Assembly: GCA_018267575.1 (NCBI GenBank)
Contig: JAFDYF010000051.1
Span: 110,068-174,067, forward strand
Direction: 5' to 3'
Length of the DNA: 64,000 bases
From: Bacteroidota bacterium
GTDB taxonomy: Bacteria > Bacteroidota > Bacteroidia > Chitinophagales > Chitinophagaceae
Under the pieces are notes generated by a model that saw only the letters and a program-made list of their open reading frames with translations, was not told the origin of the DNA and searched no databases. Position numbers and translations under genes: made by a program. Positions within the stretch are counted from its first letter, which is position 1. Every line of letters begins with the position of its first letter. Positions 58,703 to 64,000 of this stretch are shown here, piece after piece.

Positions 58703-59083
58703 TTATTGTTTTTTCAGATTATCCAATAGTTGCTGAATCTCTTGCAGCTCCGCCGCTGAGGCCTTGTGGTTACCAAGCGCCTGGATCACCAATTCGGTGG
58801 AAGAACCGCCAAATAAATTGTCGATCATTTTGCCGAGCAAATGTTTCTGTGTTTTTTCCTTGCTGGCGGCGGATTGGTAAATATGTGTTTTGAAGGTGTC
58901 GTCTCTTTTTACCAATCCTTTTTCGTGCATGATTTGCATGAGTTTTAACGTGGTGGTATAACCCACGTCTTTGATTTTTGCCAATTCCTCATGTACGTCG
59001 CGAACACTGGCCGTTCCTCTTTCCCAAAGCACCTGCAAAATTTCCAGCTCACTCTCGGTGGGCTTGATGTATTTTGTTGACAT
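58703..59083 (-). CDS. BlaI/MecI/CopY-family transcriptional repressor
   Basis: LEILQVLWERGTASVRDVHEELAKIKDVGYTTTLKLMQIMHEKGLVKR winged-helix segment. 126 aa. It lies 7 nt upstream of the M56 gene. Confidence 0.88.
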   Translation of the reverse strand: MSTKYIKPTESELEILQVLWERGTASVRDVHEELAKIKDVGYTTTLKLMQIMHEKGLVKRDDTFKTHIYQSAASKEKTQKHLLGKMIDNLFGGSSTELVIQALGNHKASAAELQEIQQLLDNLKKQ

Positions 59084-59104
59084 GACAATGATTTTGAAAA
59101 CAAT

Positions 59105-59122
59105 TTACGACAGTTTTCGTAA
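59105..59122. promoter_or_regulatory. candidate BlaI-family operator, inverted repeat TTACGA-N6-TCGTAA
   Basis: A perfect 6-bp inverted repeat 22-39 bp upstream of the blaI-like ATG. The TACGA/TCGTA half-sites resemble the TAC-type half-sites of BlaI/MecI/CopY operators. Confidence 0.5.
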
Positions 59123-59154
59123 TAAAATGTTAAGGGAATTTAAAAATATTTGGA

Positions 59155-59272
59155 GGGAGCCACTGATGCACTGATTGGGAGGTTTTGATTTGGGAGCCAC
59201 TGAGGCACTGATTGGGGGGATGTAAATAGTGAAAGGTCAATTGGGAAGGGTGCCACTGATTCACTGATTTTG
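59155..59272. repeat. three copies of a ~25-bp motif GGG(A/T)GCCACTGAnnCACTGATT(G/T)(G/T)G
   Basis: Copies at 59155-59179, 59192-59216 and 59248-59272 with irregular spacing (37 and 56 bp). A fourth copy lies at 60497-60521. Confidence 0.85.
59250..59270. repeat. left copy of a perfect 21-bp direct repeat GTGCCACTGATTCACTGATTT
   Basis: Identical to 60499-60519. The two copies are 1249 bp apart. Confidence 0.95.
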
Positions 59273-59305
59273 GAATGATATTGATTCTGGTAAGTATATC
59301 TGTGT

Positions 59306-59407
59306 TCAGGCTCTCAACAAGAAATCCTATTCCAGTTCAGCCAACAAATAGCTGGTGGTTCTCGTTAAACCCCTGATTGTTCCGATCGCTGCTATTGGAA
59401 ACGAAGG
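59306..59407. repeat. ~100-bp repeat, left copy (paired with 60189-60291)
   Basis: Hand alignment of 59323-59407 against 60208-60292 gives 71 of 85 identical positions. It contains a conserved small hairpin (ccaaca aatagc tggtgg versus ctaaca aatagc tgttag). Confidence 0.85.
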
Positions 59408-60007
59408 TTAGTATGAGTCATTAGCCTTATACTTTTTTACGTTTGGATTGTGAATATCAATTATTTCCTTTTCAAGATCATAATCAATCTCACATTTGCC
59501 TTTTTCATTAAAAATGTAAGCCTTATTTAAAAAACGGTCAATAATCGACCTAATCATGGATGGGATTGAATCATAAACTGGGGTTGCTCCATTTGTCATA
59601 AATACATACATTATATCATAGTTTAATATCATACCAAACATTTCTGATTTTTTATCACATTCTACAACTAAAAATTCACCACCAATACTTTCGATTATTG
59701 GGAAATAAAATTTATGAAAATATTCAAACTCGTTTTCAATAAAACCATTGTACTCAGCAAATGCTTTAGACAAGGGCATTAAAGTTCCTTTCTTTATACG
59801 AAAATAGTTGCCTGAATCTGTAAAATGAGATCCATTTTTCCATTGATATAACTCAATTATCTCAGGTATCAGTTCAAAGTCGTTAGACTTTTCTAAATTC
59901 CTAATTTTATCAATGTCTATACCGCTATTAAGCGAGTTTAAGACAGTTGTGTTTGCTTTTTTAAGTTGATTTTCTAACTCTAGAAGTAATTGTTTCATAT
60001 TTTTCAT
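59408..60007 (-). CDS. SMI1/KNR4 (SUKH-1) family protein, immunity-protein-like
   Basis: FELIPEIIELYQWKNGS and the overall ~200-aa alpha/beta pattern resemble SMI1/KNR4. The gene is visibly more AT-rich than its neighbours. No toxin gene is adjacent. Confidence 0.55.
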   Translation of the reverse strand: MKNMKQLLLELENQLKKANTTVLNSLNSGIDIDKIRNLEKSNDFELIPEIIELYQWKNGSHFTDSGNYFRIKKGTLMPLSKAFAEYNGFIENEFEYFHKFYFPIIESIGGEFLVVECDKKSEMFGMILNYDIMYVFMTNGATPVYDSIPSMIRSIIDRFLNKAYIFNEKGKCEIDYDLEKEIIDIHNPNVKKYKANDSY

Positions 60008-60051
60008 TTTCTCAACAAGATCAGATTCTCGAACTGGCTCTCTTTTGTAAT

Positions 60052-60224
60052 AAATGAAACCTGCATCGTCAGCAATCTAACGAGGTCCGCTCTAGTTCCC
60101 GCAATCAGCAATCCTATTCAAATTCCTCCCACTGGCCCTCGTTTGCAACAAATGAAACCAGCATCATTAGCAATCTAACGAGGGCTGCTCAGGTTCTCAC
60201 AATCAGCAATCCTATTCAAGTTCC
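60052..60224. repeat. two copies of a 75-bp unit (period 98 bp)
   Basis: 60052-60126 versus 60150-60224 gives 65 of 75 identical positions by hand alignment. The 3' end of the second copy runs into the ~100-bp repeat. Confidence 0.85.
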
Positions 60225-60291
60225 GCTAACAAATAGCTGTTAGTACTCGTTAAACCACTGATTGGTATAATCGCTGCTATTGCAAACGAGG
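60189..60291. repeat. ~100-bp repeat, right copy (paired with 59306-59407)
   Basis: See the left copy. Both are in direct orientation and flank the SMI1/KNR4 gene. Confidence 0.85.
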
Positions 60292-60325
60292 ACTGGTTTG
60301 GGCTTATAAGGTAAATTCACGGTCA

Positions 60326-60389
60326 AACTTTTCCAAAGTTCGAAGCAGCCGTATGAAATTTAACAGGCAGTTGCAACTTTGGAAAAGTT
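60326..60389. repeat. 15-bp perfect inverted repeat AACTTTTCCAAAGTT / AACTTTGGAAAAGTT with a 34-nt spacer
   Basis: Arms at 60326-60340 and 60375-60389, each itself quasi-palindromic. No adjacent T-run, so this is not a canonical terminator. Confidence 0.85.
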
Positions 60390-60498
60390 GGCAACAATGA
60401 TTTTGTTTCTGTTAAGTATATCTGAGCTCTTTAGCTTGTAAAAATTAATAAACCTTCTAAACATTTTTACCATTCACTATTGACCATTCCCCTTCAGA

Positions 60499-60519
60499 GT
60501 GCCACTGATTCACTGATTT
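60499..60519. repeat. right copy of the perfect 21-bp direct repeat; overlaps the stop codon of the desaturase gene
   Basis: Identical to 59250-59270. It covers the last codons (..N Q stop) of the 60510-61454 gene plus 11 nt downstream. Confidence 0.95.
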
Positions 60520-61454
60520 GAAAGTGCTTCTTTTTTCATTTGCTTAGTGGTCTTAGTACTACCATCATGGCTCCAGCCTGGCGGTTGTAAAAAATAGTTG
60601 AGACCATTTTTTAAGGAACCTGATTTAAATGCTTTTGTAAATAGGATCTGCCATGTTTTGAACGCAACCACCGCGGGGTTGAAAGATTCAATATTTCTGG
60701 TAAGACCGTATTGCGGTCTTTCTTCTTCTTTTTTAAAACTACCAAAAAGGCGGTCCCAAATAATCAATATGCCCGCATGGTTTTTGTCCAAATACTTCAG
60801 GTCGGAGCCATGGTGTACCCGATGATGGGAGGGCGTATTGAAAATAAATTCGAACCAAGCTGGCATTTTTTGGATGGTCTCGGTATGGATCCAGAACTGA
60901 TAGATCAAACTGATCTGCTGCATGAACAAAACCCACAAAGGGTTAAAACCGACCAAGGGCATCCATGCCCAAAACAAAAAAGCACCCGTTGCATTTCCTG
61001 TCCAGGTTTGTCTCAATGCTGCGGCCAAATTATAATGAAGGGAAGAGTGATGCACTACATGGCTAGCCCAAAAATAATTTACATGATGGCTGGTCCTGTG
61101 AAACCAATAATAGGAAAAGTCATCAGAAAGGAACAGGAGTAGCCAAAACCACCATTTGCTATCGTCCAATGTAAAAATCCTGAATTGATAAAGAAAACTA
61201 AATAAACCCCAAATGATACTTTTGGTAACAAAACCAGTCAACACATTGCCGATGCCCAATCCCAGACTGGCAAAAGTATCCTTGGTTTCGTAGGGATGCT
61301 TGTTTTCTTTATAGGTGAACCATGCTTCTATTGAAAGCAGAATCACAAAAACCGGAATGGCATAATATAGAATATTCAGTGGCAAGAAAACAAGTATTAA
61401 AAAGTATTGGGTTTTCGGTAAAAGGGTAGGGATAAAGTTCTTGAAAAAAATCAA
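60510..61454 (-). CDS. sterol desaturase / fatty acid hydroxylase superfamily membrane protein
   Basis: His boxes HRTSHH, HVVHHSS and HHRVHHG. Several TM helices. Confidence 0.85.
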   Translation of the reverse strand: MIFFKNFIPTLLPKTQYFLILVFLPLNILYYAIPVFVILLSIEAWFTYKENKHPYETKDTFASLGLGIGNVLTGFVTKSIIWGLFSFLYQFRIFTLDDSKWWFWLLLFLSDDFSYYWFHRTSHHVNYFWASHVVHHSSLHYNLAAALRQTWTGNATGAFLFWAWMPLVGFNPLWVLFMQQISLIYQFWIHTETIQKMPAWFEFIFNTPSHHRVHHGSDLKYLDKNHAGILIIWDRLFGSFKKEEERPQYGLTRNIESFNPAVVAFKTWQILFTKAFKSGSLKNGLNYFLQPPGWSHDGSTKTTKQMKKEALSNQ

Positions 61455-61518
61455 ACAGGGAACAACTAAAGCTAATAACTATTGCTTTTTTCCGTAAGAG
61501 GCAAAATTACAAAATCCG

Positions 61519-61554
61519 TAAAAAAGAAAGTCCCCCTGTAGAAACAGCGGGACT
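61519..61554 (-). terminator. intrinsic terminator downstream of the pyrophosphatase gene
   Basis: On the minus strand, agtcccgctg tttcta cagggggact (one mismatch) is followed by ttcttttttac. It lies about 40 nt past the stop at 61592. Confidence 0.65.
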
Positions 61555-61591
61555 TCGGTCTAGAACTTGATTAAGTGCGTTACGAAAATAA

Positions 61592-64000
61592 TTATTTTTC
61601 GTTAACTTTTATCGAAATATTAAAATCTTTTTTATCACCTAAAAATTGCTTGTATTTACTCAAGGTTTCTGGTGATTGTTTTTTCCCATTGATAGTAAGT
61701 TGACCATCTTTCCAGATTACAGAAAGGTTTCCGTTTTCGCTCATGTTGTCTTTTTGCAACTGATCGATAAACCCCTTAGCATCATCGGCTTGATTATCCC
61801 CATTAATAGAAATGCTTACCGATTTGCCATCATCCTGTTTGATAGAAGAAACCTGCATTTCGATCGTTTTCATTTTAGTAGAGGTGCTTTCTACAGAATG
61901 GGTATGGAAAATCGTTGCAAGGGTTGGGGCGATTACTAAAGAAACAATCGACATCAACTTGATGAGGATATTCATGGAAGGCCCTGAAGTATCTTTAAAG
62001 GGATCTCCAACGGTATCACCAGTTACAGAGGCTTTATGTGGGTCAGAACCTTTAAAATAAGTTTGCCCATTGATTTCAACCCCTTTTTCAAAAGATTTTT
62101 TTGCATTGTCCCAAGCTCCACCGGCATTATTTTGGAACATGCCCATCAACACACCACTCACGGTTGCACCTGCCAAAAAACCACCCAATACCTCGGGACC
62201 AAAAGCAAAACCGATGATCAATGGGGAAAGTAAGGCTAAGGCTCCAGGCAATACCATCTTCTTGATAGAAGCCTGAGTGGAAATAGCCACACATTTATCA
62301 TATTCGGGTTTACCTGTGCCCTCCATAATGCCAGGTATCGTCCGGAACTGTCTGCGCACTTCTTCCACCATTGCCATGGCAGCTTCACCCACGGCACGGA
62401 TGGCCAATGAGGAAAAAATGAAAGGGATCATGCCCCCAACAAAAAGACCTGCCAAAACAGGTGCTTTGTAAATATCGATACCACTTATACCTGATATACC
62501 CACAAATGCGGCGAATAATGCCAAAGCGGTCAAAGCGGCAGAGGCAATCGCAAAACCCTTACCGGTCGCTGCAGTAGTATTACCTACGGCATCGAGGATA
62601 TCCGTTTTTTCGCGAACTTCTTTGGGCAACTCGCTCATCTCTGCAATACCACCTGCATTATCTGCGATAGGTCCAAATGCATCAATGGCCAATTGCATGG
62701 CAGTAGTGGCCATCATACCTGCGGCAGCAATGGCAACACCATATAAACCTGCACACCAATAAGACATATAAATACCGGAAGCCAAAACCAAGATGGGTAG
62801 GAAAGTACTTTCCATACCTACAGCCAATCCACCAATAATATTGGTGGCATGACCAGTGGAGGATTGACGGATAATACTTTTAACCGGACGCTTGCCCATG
62901 GCAGTATAATACTCAGTGATCATGCTCATTAATGTACCCACAGCCAACCCTACGATAATAGCGCCATATACCCCGGTCTTTGTGAAATCGTGACCGCGAA
63001 GGGTCATTGAATCTGGCAATAAAAAATTTACCAAGAAATAGGCGCCAATAGCTGTTAAAATAATTGAACCCCAGTTGCCCATATTCAAAGCCTTTTGAAC
63101 AGCAGATGTACTGTTGCCCGCAGCCTCAGAAATGCGTACAAAAAAAGTTCCTATAATAGAAAATAGAATACCCATTGATGCAATGAGCATGGGCAATAAG
63201 ATAGGGGAGAATCCACTAAAGCCATCAGCCAAGGATTGACCGCTGCTGTTTGTTACCTCATGACCCAATACCATCGTGGCCAATACGGTGGCCACATAGC
63301 TACCAAAAAGGTCAGCGCCCATGCCAGCTACATCACCTACATTGTCTCCCACGTTATCAGCGATGGTTGCAGGGTTACGTGGGTCGTCTTCGGGGATTCC
63401 CGCTTCTACTTTACCCACAAGGTCTGCACCAACATCAGCCGCTTTGGTATAGATACCGCCGCCCACACGTGCAAAAAGCGCAATACTTTCTGCACCCAAT
63501 GAAAAACCGGTGAGCACTTCGATCGCCTTTGTTACGAATGCACTATCCGAACTAAGCCCGGGAGCGAAAATGGAAATCAATATAATAAACAAGCTCCCCA
63601 AGCCCAATACCGCCAAACCGGCAACACCAAGTCCCATCACACTGCCACCTGCAAAAGAAACACTTAATGCTTTTGCCAGACTGGTTCTTGCAGCTTGTGC
63701 CGTTCGGACATTGGCCTTGGTTGCTACTTTCATACCAATGAAACCAGCTAATGCACTAAAAAAAGCACCAAAAACAAATGCAAGGGCTATCGACCAATGT
63801 GAGTTTGGGTTGGAGGCACCCATAAAGCCCAGCAATAATGCCGCGATCACTACAAAATAGCTCAGTATTTTGTACTCAGCTTTCAAAAAGGCCATTGCGC
63901 CTTCGGCAATGTATTTAGCAATTTCGGTCATCCTTTCATTCCCAGCATCCTGTTTGGATACCCATGCACTTCTGATTGCTGTAAATAACAGGCCAATGAT
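61592..64000 (-). CDS. hppA: membrane-bound (K+-dependent-type) cation-translocating pyrophosphatase, 5' end outside the window, with a C-terminal extension
   Basis: [29 protein letters not shown] and [13 protein letters not shown]. The Ala in GNTTAA marks the K+-dependent subfamily. The reading frame stays open upstream of the ATG at 63931 to the window edge ([28 protein letters not shown]...), which matches the family N-terminal region, so the gene is partial here. Confidence 0.92.
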   Translation of the reverse strand: MIGLLFTAIRSAWVSKQDAGNERMTEIAKYIAEGAMAFLKAEYKILSYFVVIAALLLGFMGASNPNSHWSIALAFVFGAFFSALAGFIGMKVATKANVRTAQAARTSLAKALSVSFAGGSVMGLGVAGLAVLGLGSLFIILISIFAPGLSSDSAFVTKAIEVLTGFSLGAESIALFARVGGGIYTKAADVGADLVGKVEAGIPEDDPRNPATIADNVGDNVGDVAGMGADLFGSYVATVLATMVLGHEVTNSSGQSLADGFSGFSPILLPMLIASMGILFSIIGTFFVRISEAAGNSTSAVQKALNMGNWGSIILTAIGAYFLVNFLLPDSMTLRGHDFTKTGVYGAIIVGLAVGTLMSMITEYYTAMGKRPVKSIIRQSSTGHATNIIGGLAVGMESTFLPILVLASGIYMSYWCAGLYGVAIAAAGMMATTAMQLAIDAFGPIADNAGGIAEMSELPKEVREKTDILDAVGNTTAATGKGFAIASAALTALALFAAFVGISGISGIDIYKAPVLAGLFVGGMIPFIFSSLAIRAVGEAAMAMVEEVRRQFRTIPGIMEGTGKPEYDKCVAISTQASIKKMVLPGALALLSPLIIGFAFGPEVLGGFLAGATVSGVLMGMFQNNAGGAWDNAKKSFEKGVEINGQTYFKGSDPHKASVTGDTVGDPFKDTSGPSMNILIKLMSIVSLVIAPTLATIFHTHSVESTSTKMKTIEMQVSSIKQDDGKSVSISINGDNQADDAKGFIDQLQKDNMSENGNLSVIWKDGQLTINGKKQSPETLSKYKQFLGDKKDFNISIKVNEK

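Noticed and set aside
60075-60255. Integron attC-like sites (ATCTAAC fits RYYYAAC at 60075-60081; GTTAAAC fits GTTRRRY at 60249-60255)
   Set aside because: The boxes are short enough to occur by chance. The arms between them pair poorly beyond 6-7 bp. No integron integrase or cassette array is present in the window. I keep this only as something a dedicated attC model (for example IntegronFinder) could test.
59155-60521. Possible CRISPR array
   Set aside because: The repeats are of several unrelated families with irregular spacing (37, 56 and ~1250 bp), and one overlaps a coding gene end. There is no uniform repeat-spacer periodicity and there are no cas genes.
1-64000. tRNA, rRNA, tmRNA, RNase P, SRP RNA and riboswitches
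   Set aside because: I scanned the intergenic regions by eye and found no cloverleaf-like or otherwise recognisable conserved RNA sequence. This is a weak negative without covariance-model searches.

Overview
This window looks like a chromosomal segment from a Bacteroidota genome, probably Chitinophagaceae- or Sphingobacteriia-like. The evidence is four proteins with type IX secretion (T9SS) C-terminal sorting domains, a PorP/SprF gene, a GLPGLI-family gene, CarboxypepD_reg-type outer-membrane barrels, and TAnnTTTG -7 promoter boxes close to start codons. I can support about 48 protein genes. They include a hexuronate block (uxuA-uxaC-kdgK) beside a TonB-dependent receptor/DUF4249 pair, and housekeeping genes (recG, hpt, murB, glgB, nhaA, NDH-2, acyl-CoA dehydrogenase, YggS, a SulP transporter). 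There is also an arginine deiminase-like/CtlX pair, a 3'-partial membrane pyrophosphatase gene running off the right edge, and large T9SS cargo genes (a poly-glycine protein, an SBBP/PKD type-B CTD protein with its PorP/SprF partner, and a 1770-aa S8 subtilase). Regulatory modules are an orphan LytTR response regulator, an ECF sigma factor translationally coupled to an anti-sigma-like protein fused to a trypsin-like protease, and a BlaI/M56 pair. I saw no rRNA, tRNA, CRISPR array, transposase or integrase. The least ordinary region is 59.1-60.5 kb. It is an AT-rich, repeat-dense 1.25-kb segment bracketed by a perfect 21-bp direct repeat, one copy of which overlaps the stop codon of a desaturase gene. 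It carries a single SMI1/KNR4 (SUKH) immunity-like gene plus several families of short repeats and hairpins. Other points worth a second look are the sigma/anti-sigma::protease module with its divergent tandem-repeat lipoprotein, a ~104-aa C-terminal extension on the pyrophosphatase, a frameshifted YciI-like gene, and a 700-bp ORF-free gap with phased direct repeats beside the LytTR regulator. All family calls come from motifs read by eye in the supplied translations. No database search was run.
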